A stretch of 63,979 nucleotides of DNA, filler included, from Conidiobolus incongruus B7586 (Eukaryota): NCBI GenBank assembly GCA_000697335.1. It is 9 parts of 9 records of this genome, joined end to end, with 100 filler letters (N's around TTAATTAATTAA, not from the genome) between each part and the next. Parts side by side here need not be neighbours in the genome. Positions count along the whole stretch, not along the records: positions 35,799 to 42,475 come from JNEM01006505.1; positions 42,576 to 49,345 come from JNEM01006506.1; positions 49,446 to 60,373 come from JNEM01006509.1; 6 more parts are not named here. One strand, written 5' to 3'. A model generated the notes under the pieces. It did no database searches. It saw nothing but the letters and a program-made list of their open reading frames with translations, and had not been told where the DNA came from. Below are positions 38,701-52,302 of the stretch, one piece after another (the first letter of the stretch is position 1; each line of letters begins with the position of its first letter). Both the position numbers and the translations under genes were made by a program.

Positions 38701-41377
38701 ATTTAAAATTTATAACTTTAAACTTATAATGCTTTAATATATAATAAAAAGTAATTAAAAAGATACTTTATTTGTTAATTAAGATATTATAATAACTATT
38801 CTTAAAATTTATATTAGTAAAGTAATTTACACTTATAAACTTATCTCTAATTTAATTTAAATTAGGTAAAAAAGTTTTATCTTTAATTAATTTACTATTA
38901 AAAACTCTATTATTAATATAAAATCACTAACCTCTACTATGTTTTTTAATAAAAAAGATTGGTAAACTTTAAAAGTTTATAGAAAGTTATATAATATTTA
39001 ATTCTAATAGCTTATTTATTTCTTCACAAAAAACTTTATATTATTTAAAAGAAATATAATAAAGTAATTTATAATAAAGTTAAGTGTTAAATAACAGTTT
39101 AATTTTATAGAACATATTTCTTTTTAATAATAAAATAGTTAAAACTTTAAAAATATTTTTGTATTTATTAACAACCTTATATAATAAATTTTTAATATCT
39201 AAAATATCTTTTAAATCTTCTAAAGAAATAGAGATAGTGTTAAAGTTAATATAAATTATACTAGATTAATTTTCAAACTTTTTAATTAAATTCACAAAAG
39301 ATATTCTTGAAATTATTATATTATTGAAAAAAATATTATTAATACTTTTTTTATAAGAAAATTAATTATTAACTTATAACTTAAATTATTATAGTAAAAC
39401 AAAAAATATATTTATTAGATAAACTTTTATTTATAAAAAATAGATAATACTTTTAAAACTAACTAAAACTTATAACAATACTATTTTTTATAAAATCTAT
39501 TATAAATTAAATTTTTTAAAATAACTTATTATTAATAAAAATTATGATATTTAGATCTTTTAATAGTTTATTAAGTATTATTTATATAATTTAATATTAC
39601 ATTTATTTAATTACAAGATAATTTAAATTCTTTAATAATATTTTTATTAATAAATACACTATTATTTTTAAAGTTAAATACGAAAAAAATAAGGTGTTTA
39701 TTTAAAGTATCATTAAAAGTTTATAAGGAACAAAATTTATTTTCATTAAAATTTAATAAATAAAAGTTTAAATAAATATTACTCTTCTTCTGTAATAGAT
39801 TTTAAAATAATTTTTAGTTATTTAAATATAATTTTAAGGATTTATTATAAAAAATCTTTGACAAAGACTTTTCTTTGTTATTTTAACTATATTAGGTTAA
39901 ATTTATACTAGATTAGTTATTAATCTGTTAATTACTTTATTATTTACTTAAATATTATTGTTTAAAACTATATTACTAAAGGTTTTACTATTAAATAGCT
40001 TTTTAAGATATTTATTCTAATGGTAATTTATATTTATTTGTTTATAATAAAAGTATCTTTTATTTTTTCTCAAATATAATTTCTCTTTTTTAGTTAAATG
40101 TTCTTTTTTCTATATTATAGATATATTTACAATATTAAAACTAGATAAATTAAATAGAGAATTATTAAAACCTATATACAAACTCTTATTTATTGTTTTA
40201 ATATAATTTTAATTATTTTTTATTTTAATAGATATTTTAGTTAAAATAACAAAACTAGCTGTTTTTATATTAACCTTAAAGTAAACAACTATAAAAATAT
40301 TAAGCTTGAGTTCTTTCTTAAACTTATTTTCCCTTTTATCTTTAGATAAGTTAAAAATCTTTAATTTAAACTAGGTAAATTTTTTTATAAAATTTCTAAT
40401 TAAAGATTTTTAAATAATCTTTGTTAATTTATTTTAAGCTAGAGTTACTATATTTAATAGGTAAAACCTCTATTTAATTACTTGTTTAAATTTTATTAGG
40501 ATAAAAAGAATTACTAATAAAATTAGGTTTGTTTTTAAAAATTTATAATACTAGAGTTTAATATAAGAGATTAATTTAAAAGTTAAAATTTTTCCTAAAT
40601 TATATAGATTTAAAGTTTTAATCACTTTAAAAAATTTAATTAATTTATTTCAAAATTCTTTTAGTTTTTTGGGAGATTTTAAGTTATTATAAGTAATTAA
40701 GTTATTTGTAAAGAATTTAACTTTGTTAAAGTTTTTTAAAATAATTAATAAAATCTATAACTATTTAACTCAGCTATTATTTGTTGTATATAATTAATTT
40801 TTTAAGTTTACTTTAATTTTAATTTATATTTAATAAAGGTATTATTAGTATTAACAAAATCTTATTAATTAATAGACTAATAGTTATTGTTATTAAAATT
40901 TAAATATTATTTTATTTTAGTTATATATAAAACAATAAGTTATAATTATAATATCTTTAATTATAATAATAAAAATACTTTTAAATTTTTTAATCACTAC
41001 TATTATATAAGTAAATAGCAATAGTTAAAAGTAGAAAAAGCAAGTTTTTTAATACTTTAAAAAATATATAATAACTAAATCCTTTAATATTAAAGTGTTA
41101 ATTAATAATAATAAGATATATATTAATAATTAAGCAAAAAATTTATTTATATAAAGAGTAATATATATTAAAGTTTTAACTAAAAAAAAATCTAAGTTTT
41201 TCTTATAGTTAAGTAGAATATATATATATAAGTATATAAGGTTAAGTAATAGTAAAGTTACTTAAATATAAAGATTTATAAAATGTTAGTAAAACCTAAT
41301 TTAGATAATTAAGTTTTTAGTAGTAAATTAAAATAATGAAAAATATCAATTAAGTAGCAATTGTTATAATACTTATA
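35800..41377 (-). mobile_element. Full-length, extremely decayed LTR retrotransposon (family B, probably Ty3/Gypsy)
   Basis: ~370-bp direct repeats at 35800-36173 and 41006-41377 with TATAAG...CTTATA ends (consistent with mutated TGTAAG...CTTACA). PBS-like TAGTAGTG on the minus strand at 40995-41002; purine tract on the minus strand at 36174-36182; faint RT-like remnants near 38160-38400. Confidence 0.75.
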
Positions 41378-41384
41378 ATTATTA

Positions 41385-44300
41385 TAAATATATAATAAAA
41401 AAATATAAAATTATACATGAATATTAACTAATACTAATATTATTATATATTTTTTATATTAATATAAATGATATTTAAACTTTAAAAAAAACCTTTAATT
41501 AAAAAAATTTTAATATAAAGTTAAGTAAAAATTTAAATATTATTGTAAGTATAGTGGTAGTTAAACTAATATAATATAGAGGAAGACTTAATATAAAAGT
41601 AGTGTGGTGCAGAACATGGTAATATAATGTAGCTGTAGTGTGCAAGTGTAAACAAAGTTTAATTAAGCTTCAAACTAGGATGAGTCACCAATATATTAAG
41701 ATTTATATTAGGTAGTGCTAATATCCTACAATATTGATAGAATATAGTCTCAATTTTAGAAATAGTGTGAAAGTAAAAAATAGTAAGAATTGAGAAGAAA
41801 AAGAGGAACCTAGTTTATTAGATAGTTTAATACTATTTATACAATTAATTTAACTATATAAGTATAAATTAATCATATAATTTATAGTTAATTGGATTAT
41901 ATGAAGTGTATATAAGAATTTAGAGAACTAGCCTCTTAACAATTATTATTAATATTGATTTAAAATTAATTTAAATAGAATCATTAAATTTAATGAAAAT
42001 AACATTTTTATAAATTAAATAAAAAATTTAAATATTATAAAAAAATATAAAATTATTTTATAACTATAATATTAATTTTACCTAAAAATAAAATAATATG
42101 TTATTTATTATTTAAGGGTTTATATTATTTTTAGGTACTAGATATTTTTTCTAGAATTAATAAAAGAATTAATATTGAAATATACTAATATATTTTAAAT
42201 AATAAAATAAAAAAACTATTTAATAATATAGGTTAAAAATTATGAAAATATTTTTAATAAAATAATATTATGTGTTAAATTAAAGCTTTTATTACTAAAT
42301 AATTGAAAAATAATAAAATAATATCTATAAAATATATTTATTAATTTTTTAACTTAAGTTTAATTAAATAACATAAAAATTAGTTATAAAGAGTTATTAT
42401 AGCTTTTCCTTTAATAAAAAATTTAAATCAGTTTTAAAAATATATTCAAAAAATATAAAACAAGATTAACTATTTNNNNNNNNNNNNNNNNNNNNNNNNN
42501 NNNNNNNNNNNNNNNNNNNTTAATTAATTAANNNNNNNNNNNNNNNNNNNNNNNNNNNNNNNNNNNNNNNNNNNNTATATATACTAGCCCACAAAAATAA
42601 GTTATAAAATCAAAATTACTTATATATTTATATATATCTTAAATAATTATTAATGAAATAAATTTAAATTATAATATATAACCTACCTATATTACTTAAT
42701 TATAATTAATTATATTTGACTATATTTTATTAACTATTGGTTAATATATTAAAACCTATAATTTAACCAAGGTGAGTTATAAATTTGTGGGTTTATATAT
42801 TAAAGGGGTATAAATAACAAAACTTATATATATCTTCTTTTTCTTTTTTTATATTATATATATTATCATATTACTAAGCTAATATTTTAAAATTAATTTT
42901 ATAATTTTTTAATCTCTTTTGAATAAAGTTTATTAATATATTAATCAATTTTATAATAAAAATAAATTAATTTATGAGATTATTAGAATTACTAATATTA
43001 GCTAATCTATTATAACTAAGGTTATTAAGAATAATATTAAAAAAACACTTAAATTAAAAATTGAACATATTTAGATTATAGATAAACATGATAAAATATA
43101 TATTTATAGATTAATTAATATATATAAGTCTAATATTAATATAAAAATATAATAAAAATTATAAGACTATATAAAAATATTAATTAGTACTAATACTATT
43201 ATACATTTTTTATATTAGAATAAATATTATATATATCTTAAAAAACACCCCCAATTAAAAAAGTCCTATTATAAAGTTAGGTGGGAGTTTAAATACAAAT
43301 ATTAAAGTTAAACTAAAACTAACTAAAGTTATTTAATCTAATGAAACAAAGATATATTTTAATAAATTTTATAAAAATACTAGATATTTCAAAAAAGATA
43401 AAAAATCACTTTATAACAATTATGTTATTATAACCCAAAAATATAATAATGGGTTAATTATAGTTTTGGGATATATATTATCTTTAGGTTTAGGGTATTT
43501 TTTTAAGGTCAATAAGGGAATTAATGCTAAATATATTAAAATATTCTAAATAATAAATTGAAAAAAATTATTGAATAGTATAGGTTAATTAAATTAAATA
43601 TTATTTTCTAACAAGATAATACCCCTTGCTATATTACAAATTTTATTATTAAATAGCTTAAAAGAATAAAGTAACTATTATAAAATAACCTCCTTAATCC
43701 TTTAATTTTTACTTAATTAAATATCTTTAGAATTAATTAAAAAAATTAACTAAAGCATTCCTTTTAGCAAAGAATTTAGATTAATTTTGGAAGTATATTT
43801 AAAAAGCTTAGAATAATATTAGTCTTGTTTAATATAAGAAGCTAGTTTATTTTATACCCTAAAAGCTTAAAATAGTTAGAAAAGAAAAAGATAGATATAT
43901 TTGATATTAATTTTTCTATTAATACTAAAACCTAAAAATTTATAACTCATCTTAAATATACTTTTAGTTTGAATATATAAATTAATAATTAATGAAATTT
44001 AACTTTATATTTTATATTATAAATTAAAAATATATATTAATTATATAACTAAATATAAATTTAATTAAATTAGAATTGATCAAGATATTAATAGAAATAT
44101 TTATATTTTTAATTTTATGACTTATTTTTATAAGCTAATATATATTATATTTAAATGTAAGATATCTTTGTAAGATTAATAAAGGAATTAATATTAAAAT
44201 ATATTAGAGTATTTTGAATAATATATTGAAAAAACTATTAAATAATATAGGCTAAACAAATTTAATATTATTTTTTAATAAATTAATGTTTTTTATTATA

Positions 44301-44640
44301 TTATAACTTTTATTACCTAATAACTAAAAAAAAACAATATAATAATTACAAAATAGTTTGTTAATTTTTTAACCTTAATTTAATTGAATATCTTTAAAAT
44401 TGGTTAAAAAAAGCTATTTAACTTTTTCTTTAGCAAAAAATTTAAATCAGTTTTAAAAATATATTAAAAAAGCATAAAATAAGAATAACCTATCTTAATT
44501 TAAAAAATTAGTTGATTTTATATCCTATAAACTTAAAGATGTTAAAAAAGTTAAAAATGGATATATTAAGTTTAAATTTCTTTTTTCACCAAATATTGAT
44601 AAATTTATAACTTAGCTTAAATAAAATTTAACAATTAATA
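41385..44640. repeat. Degenerate repeat family C, two partial copies
   Basis: 41385-41540 resembles 43141-43297, and 42140-42475 resembles 44160-44494 (shared aaaaaatttaaatcagttttaaaaatatatt). Confidence 0.6.
41544..41941 (-). mobile_element. Solo LTR (family A)
   Basis: TG...CA termini; TSD ATTAT (41539-41543, 41942-41946); homologous to 18154-18552. Confidence 0.92.
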
Positions 44641-44644
44641 TTTT

Positions 44645-45048
44645 TGTTAAGAGACTAGTTCTCTAAATTCTTATATATACTTTCATATAATCCAATTAAC
44701 TATTAATTATATGATTAATTTATACTTATATAGTTAAATTAATTGTATAAATAGTATTAAAGCATCTAATAAACCAGGTTCCTTTTTTTTTCCTCTCAAT
44801 TCTTACTATTTTTTACTTTTACACAATTTCTAAGATTGAGACTATATTCTATTGATATTGTAGGATATTAGCACTACCTAATATAAATCTGAAATATATA
44901 TTGGTGACTCATCCTAGTTTGAAGCTTAATTAAACTTTGTTTACACTTGCACACTACAGCTATATTATATTACTATATTCTGTGCCACACTACTTTTATA
45001 TTAAGTTTTCCTCTACACTATATTAGTTTAACTACCACTACACTTATA
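44645..45048 (+). repeat. 5' LTR of Ty3/Gypsy element (family A)
   Basis: TGTTAAGAGAC...CACTTATA, immediately followed by PBS-like TGGTAACAGC (45049) and then gag-pol. Confidence 0.9.
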
Positions 45049-45288
45049 TGGTAACAGCAACAAAACTGTTAAAAACCTACTAGATATTAATAACTATCTG
45101 TATCAAACCTAATTATTTCTATTTTAAATCTTATCTATAATTTATTTTATTCAAATTTAACACTATATACTATAATACCACTAAAAAGGGAGATACCCTT
45201 ATATTATTTTAATGATGATGGTAGCTTAATTACTAAGTAAATCTAAGACTTTAGTCCCTAAAAACTTACTACCCTCTAAGAAGCTTAT

Positions 45289-46383
45289 ATTAGACAACTT
45301 TTGATTAAAAAAAACATGTCTCAAAGAGCTTAAATCTAACAAACCAGCTACTTCACTATAGTTAATACATTAAACCACCTCTTTAGTGTCTTTAAAGACA
45401 AATTAACTACTTATGATAGCTTAAAAAACCTTCACAAGCTTGAAAACTACCTTAAAAATATAAAGAATTACCTTGATTTGATTCCTGATGAAGATCTAGA
45501 GAATATCCTTAAATTAGCCACTTCTTTTTTAGAAAAATCTGTTTATATTTGGTAGTTAACTTATTACAAGCTTAATCCTAAAGAATCTTCAGGAGGATAG
45601 CCTACTACAAAGATATAAACTTTTAAACAATTGGAAAAAGCCCTTAAAGAGAGGTATTACCCAAAAAATCAAGTTTAATTAGCAAGAGAAAAGCTTTCCC
45701 AGCTTAAACAAAAAACTTCTACAAGACAATTGATTGAGAAATTTAATGAGATATGCTTAAATATACTAAATATCACTGAAGAAGAATAAATCCACAAATT
45801 ATTACAATGCTTTAACCCTCAAGTGAAGCTCTAATTAGACAACTTTTGATTAAAAAAAACATGTCTCAAAGAGCTTAAATCTAACAAACCAGCTACTTCA
45901 CTATAGTTAATACATTAAACCACCTCTTTAGTGTCTTTAAAGACAAATTAACTACTTATGATAGCTTAAAAAACCTTCACAAGCTTGAAAACTACCTTAA
46001 AAATATAAAGAATTACCTTGATTTGATTCCTGATGAAGATCTAGAGAATATCCTTAAATTAGCCACTTCTTTTTTAGAAAAATCTGTTTATATTTGGTAG
46101 TTAACTTATTACAAGCTTAATCCTAAAGAATCTTCAGGAGGATAGCCTACTACAAAGATATAAACTTTTAAACAATTGGAAAAAGCCCTTAAAGAGAGGT
46201 ATTACCCAAAAAATCAAGTTTAATTAGCAAGAGAAAAGCTTTCCCAGCTTAAACAAAAAACTTCTACAAGACAATTGATTGAGAAATTTAATGAGATATG
46301 CTTAAATATACTAAATATCACTGAAGAAGAATAAATCCACAAATTATTACAATGCTTTAACCCTCAAGTGAAGCTCTAATTAG
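45289..46383 (+). repeat. 545-bp tandem duplication of gag
   Basis: 45289-45833 equals 45834-46378 by eye; ATTAG microhomology at 45289, 45834 and 46379. Confidence 0.93.
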
Positions 46384-49300
46384 TTAGTAGGGAACACTTT
46401 GATAATATGTTTTTTTCTGACATTTGTGATGCAGCAATTATAATTGATGATATCCTTTACTTTATAACTAAATCTTCCCACCTTAAAAATTAATCTTTTA
46501 AACTTTACTCTAACCCACCTAAGTCTCAAATAATAAATGTTTCTGCTTTAGGGCTTCATAAGAAAACTTTTAGTGAAGAAACTAAAGCCTACTTGAAAGC
46601 AAACAAAGGTTGTTATTATTATTGAAAGACTTAAGTTAACTATAAAGCTAATAAATACCCCTTAAGGAAGCAACATCTGTTTAATTCTCAATAATCCCAA
46701 CCTACCAACCATAAATCAAACCTGAATAATATTAATATAACCTTAGAATCACCCCTTTCACAATTAGTTAGCAGATTCTAATCTGATCCATAAAAGTTCT
46801 AACAAACCAATGATTCCACAAATTAAACTATGTATACTAGAGAAATTCAACTGATTAAACCACTAGAAACTAGAAATATTCTAGTAACTAATCTACCTTG
46901 TGATTCTTTACCTTTAACTATCACCCTATTATTTATGTTAACTAGTTTTTTTATGGATACACTTGTTAGTGTTCTAATTAACTCTGGTTGTTCTAGTTGT
47001 ATTATCTCCTCTTTTATTGTTGTAAAGCTATCCTTACCTACCTAAAAAAGTAACTTGATAATTAAATATACTAACAACTTAATGGAACAAGCATCTAACA
47101 CTGTATCTAGATACTTATCACTACTTCCTAACTACTCCCAATATATTAAATTCCTAGTTGGCAACATTGGTTATAATTTCATACTAGGTCAAAATTAGTT
47201 TGAATATCATAGTCCTATATTTATAGATATTACCCCAGAAGGCTACAAATCTATTTCTTTCATATTCCAAAAGAAATTAGTGGAATTAATCTTAAAAAAT
47301 CTACATTACCCTACTATAAAACCATTAAATGCTTTACCTAACACTAACTCTACAATTGTGGCAAATAATTTTATCATTATAAGTAAAAATCAATGTAAAA
47401 AGCTAATCAAAAACCCAAATAATTTATAGGGATATGTATCTGTTTATTATTCATCTATTAACAGTTCATCTGTTGATTTTAATGAAGTTATATCTAATGA
47501 CCACTTCTTATACAATACAATAAGTTAATTTGCTAATGTTTTTGAACCTGTGAATAAATTACCACCTAAACATAATATTAAACATAAAATTAAACTAATC
47601 CCTGGTACACAACTATACTTAAAGCTTACTTACCATTTATCTCCTGAACAATACTAAACTTTGAAAGAAGAAATCCAAAAACTACTTGAAAATGGGCACA
47701 TTAGACTTTCTTCTTTATCATAAAAATCTCCAATCTTCTTTGTACAAAAAGCTGATGGTGGTTAGAGATTATATATTGATAACCATGTTTTAAACTCCAA
47801 AACTATTAAAGATAAAACCCCATTACTAAACCTACATGATGTTAGGGATAGACTACTTAGATCAACTATATTTACCAAATTAGATGTTAGGAATAGGTAT
47901 TATAACATTAGAGTTGAAGAAGATTCTATCTCTTTAACTGCTTTCAACACTCTTTTAGGCCACTATAAATTTACTGTCATAAACTTTAGATTGTGTAATG
48001 CCCCTGCAACTTTCACTTGATTCATCAATTCCCTTTTCAACCCTGTTTTTAATAACTTTGTTATCACTTACCTTGATAATATCCTGATTTATTCAAAAAC
48101 TAAAGAAGAATATATTCAACATGTTAATCAGGTCTTACAAATTATTCAAGAACATAAATTACCTTTGAAACTATCAAAATGCATCTTTGGTGCCTCTTCT
48201 GTCCTTTTCTATGGTTATATTGTTTCCTCCTAAGGAATTAGTATTGATCTTACTAAACTCAATGGTGTTAGAGCCTTTACTATACTTATAAACAAAGATT
48301 AGCTTATATCTGTATTTAAATTATTGAATTACTTCAAAGATTTCATTGATTCTTTTGCTGAACTTGCTGCTCCTCTTACTAATCTTTTGAAGAAAGACTC
48401 TCCTTTTGAATAGACCCCAATATACACTTTCTGCATGAATGCTTTGATTTTCTATATTACTAATGCTCCTACTCTATCTATCTTCAATCTAAAACTACCT
48501 ACCATTATTTTTATTGACTCTAGTTCTTTTGCAATTGGTAGATAGTTAGCCTAGTTTGAATTTAATTTATATTTTACCCTACAACTATAGGATAAAATAA
48601 TGAATAGGGGAGAACAGGTTGAGTTTAACCCTACAAATGTTACCTTAAAACCAATAACATTCTGGTTAAGAAAAATAAAACCAGCTGAATTGAAATACCT
48701 AGTTTATAAACAAGAACTTTTTGCTTTAGTAGAAATAATCAAAAATCACTCACATTTCCTGTCTTGCAACTTTTTCTTAACACTTACAGATCACAAATCA
48801 CTTATCTACTTAAATACTCAGAAGCATTTATCAAGAAGATAAGTTAGATAGATTAAAACTATCCAAGCTTATCCTTTCCTTATTTAATATCTTCTAGGTT
48901 AATAGAACCATGTTATAGATACTTTGTTAAAAAATCCTACATACTTATCTTTTTGTTTTAATTTCAAAAATCCAGCAAATATTAACTCAATGATCATTAA
49001 TGAAAGAAATAAAGAATTTATTAAACTACTTCAAGAAACACTGCCAAATGATGATTTCTTTATTTTAGTTAAAGAAGAACTCTTTAAACCATTAGAAAAC
49101 CAACTAAAATATGTTAAAAGATTTAAAATTATCAATAACTTACTATACTATGATGATTGTCTATATATTCCTGACATTCCCAAGATCCAACAAACAATAT
49201 TTAATGAATGCCATAACTTACCTGTTGGAGGACATCAAAACTAGTTAAAAACTGCTGAGAGAATTAAAACAAGGTACTACTAGCCTTCTTTAGTCAAATC

Positions 49301-50792
49301 AGTTCAGAAATACACCAATACCTGTGACATATACCAAAGAATTAANNNNNNNNNNNNNNNNNNNNNNNNNNNNNNNNNNNNNNNNNNNNTTAATTAATTA
49401 ANNNNNNNNNNNNNNNNNNNNNNNNNNNNNNNNNNNNNNNNNNNNAAAAATTATTAAATTTTTAATATTTTTTATAATTTTAAAATGAACAAATTAAATA
49501 ATAAATATCAATATTCATTAAATCCTTATGTTACTATATTATCTATAAATTTTATATAATAATATAGACTTATGGTTTAGTTTGTAATATTTAAAATAAT
49601 ATATTTAAAAATTATAATATAATCCAAAAAATTAAATTAAATAGTAATTATTAAAAAATAAATTTAATAATTCAACATATTATATATTATATTATTTATT
49701 TTATATATTGATGCCTTTTACAATAAACATTATAGTTAAAAAATTGAAAATTCAAGATTTCCTAATATTTTTATTTTAAATCAATATCATTAAATTACTT
49801 CATAAATATTAATTCCAGCTAAATTTTCTGTGAGTTGAATAAAAATCGACAAATATTATGATATTATAAGAAACACAACTTGACCCAATAAAATTAAAAA
49901 TTAATACTTGATATATTAATATATATTAATTTTATTTATAATAACAAATATTTTTAAAATTTAAATCATAAATCATCTACTAATTCTTTCTGAATATTTT
50001 TAGCATATGGTGCAATTAATTGTCTAAATATAATTAAATTACATGATGTGACTCATACTTTAATGATAACTAATATTTATAATATTGAAATCAGATTTTT
50101 TAAATTAAAATACTTCCTATATTATATTAAAATTACATCATTAAATATAGAACAGTTAAAACTAGGAATTTAAAATATATTACAAAGTAGTTTTCTAATA
50201 TCAACTATATATCATTCTATATATTAATTAAAATAACTTGAATATTGCCCTTTTTGTAATCTTATCAAATATATAAAATATAAAATTGAATAACCTTAAA
50301 AAATTCAAATTTCGAAAATATAGATTGAGAAATCTCCTTGAAACAGAGATAAAGCAATATTGTTGATTGTTGATATTCTAAGATAAATTTTATATCAATT
50401 TTTCCTAAAACTTATTAATGATATCAACATTTAAACATTATTAAGTATAGCAATTATAAAATTATTTGGCAAATAATATTTATTCATATGAATTTACTAT
50501 GATAGATAATTCATTATATTTTTTAAAATTGAAAAAACCAACTTGCTTACAATTGGTCTAAGATCTAAATTATATAACTATTGATTGAATGCACCTGTAT
50601 ATCAGACAATATATTATTTAATATTATACTAAAAATATTAAAATTAACAGCTTTTGATATAATTTACAAATAATATAGTATATGTTGATTTTTACTAGCA
50701 TGTATAATTTTAATTTCTATATCATTTTACTTAATTATTTTAATATCTTGTCAATAAATATAATGGTATTTATATAATAATATTTTATAATA

Positions 50793-52103
50793 TTACCTTG
50801 AATTTGAAATAATGGGAAATTTTTTAATTTCTAATTTTTCAAACATATTATTAGTTTGAAATAAATAAATATATACAAAGTTAATAGGAAATGATATATT
50901 TTTAATATATATATATATATATTAGTTTTTTTGATTAAAAAATTAACTTTTTAAAATTGGTTGTTTAATTTAATCATGCTTAAACCAAATAGTAATCATC
51001 AAAAGTCTTTTATTTTGGTATTACTAAAACTTAACCATAAACCCTCTAAAATTATTTAAAATTTACAAGCAGCTTTTAATAATAAAGTATTATCTAAATT
51101 AACAATTTATCACTAGGTAAATTACTTTAAAGCTAAGAGAGAAACTATTCAAAACCTGCTAAAATCTAAAAAATTAACTTTAACTATTACTCTTTTAATT
51201 GTAAATAAAGTGAAAAAATATATTAAAAAGCACTTTTTTATTTTAGCTAGAGAATTATCTAAGCACTTTAATATTAGTTTTACAAGTATTTTATATATTT
51301 TAAAGTTTAAACTAAAATTAATAAATAAAAATGTAAAATAAATACTTTATAATTTAACTAAAGCTTAAAAAAAACTAGAGTAGCTATTGCTAAACAAAAC
51401 CTATTGAAATATTACTAGAAGCTTAAACTTTTACAGTAAATAATTATAATTGATGAATTTTAAATCCCTATGTATAATCCTTTACTAAAACACAAATCAA
51501 AATACTAGATTAAGCTAAATCAACCCCTTCTACAAATCCCTTTAAATAAACATTTTGTTAATAAGCAAATGTTAATTATTGTAATAAATTATAATGGTAT
51601 ATGCTATTCTTATTTAGTTCCTGAAGGAAAATCAATTAATAGTAAACTATATATTGTTTTTTTAAATAAAAGTATTTCTAATTAGTGTTCTCAATATAAT
51701 TTGAGAAGACTTATTATTTTGCATGATAATTGTAAAATACATAAATCTAAAGCTGTAAAAAACTTTCTAATTAAAAATAACTGGAAAAAACTACCACATC
51801 TAGTATATTCTTTTGATTATAACCTATGTGATTATAATTGCTTTAGGTAATTAAAAAACCAGCTTGCAGGAAAGAAAATTTCTGCAGGAAAATTTAATTG
51901 GTTTGTAAAACATCAAATTTCAGTCTTTAATAAAAAGAACTATTTTTTAAGTGTTAGAAGTTTGCCAAAAATATAGCAAAAAGTTATTAATAATAAAAGA
52001 AACTATTAAATTTATATTATATATTTATTTTTATATATCATATACTCAAATGTTTATTTATTTTTAATTGCAAAAAATTCCCATTATTAAAAATGCAGAG
52101 TAA
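50793..52103 (+). mobile_element. Full-length (1.3 kb) Tc1/mariner DNA transposon, inactive
   Basis: Imperfect ~30-bp TIRs (ttaccttgaatttgaaataatgggaa vs ttactctgcatttttaataatgggaa) flanked by TA. Transposase remnants IIIDEF*IPMYNP, ILHDNCKIH, WKKLPHLVYSFDYNLCDYNCF, matching the mariner HDNA and PHPPYSPDLAPCDY motifs. Confidence 0.9.
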
Positions 52104-52226
52104 TATTAAAGTGAGTAATGTTGTATACTAATTAAATAACCAATTTTTAATTGATTTTGGTTAATTGAAATAGTATTAAATCAATATAAAAGTACTCCTA
52201 TAAAATGACATTATATAATGAATATG

Positions 52227-52261
52227 AATGTATAAATGTATAAATGTATAAATGTATAAAT
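52227..52261. repeat. (AATGTATA)4 short tandem repeat
   Basis: Read directly, just downstream of MAPEG gene 1. Confidence 0.8.
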
Positions 52262-52302
52262 ATTTATTAATATAACAAAATAAAATTTAAATAAAAAATT
52301 GT

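Larger units (their letters stand above)
44645..49345 (+). mobile_element. Ty3/Gypsy LTR retrotransposon, gag-pol pseudogenised, 3' end lost in gap
   Basis: Order is gag (ATG 45316; LAREKLSQLKQ), zinc-knuckle remnant 46611-46658, protease LINSGCSS, RT (SPIFFVQKADGG, FTKLDV, LCNAPATF, YLDN at 48069), RNase H (ELFALV, TDHKSLIYL), integrase HHCC (CHNLPVGGH...CDIYQ). Many stops. Confidence 0.95.

Noticed and set aside
46830..49244. ORFs 46830, 48600 and 48924 as independent genes
   Set aside because: Stop-delimited fragments of the Gypsy pol (protease, RNase H, pre-integrase).
45316..49345. Alternative genetic code (TAA/TAG=Gln, TGA readthrough) to explain in-frame stops
   Set aside because: Host genes end in TAA/TAG and have no internal stops. 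TE stops replace Trp as well as Gln/Arg and co-occur with missense transitions.
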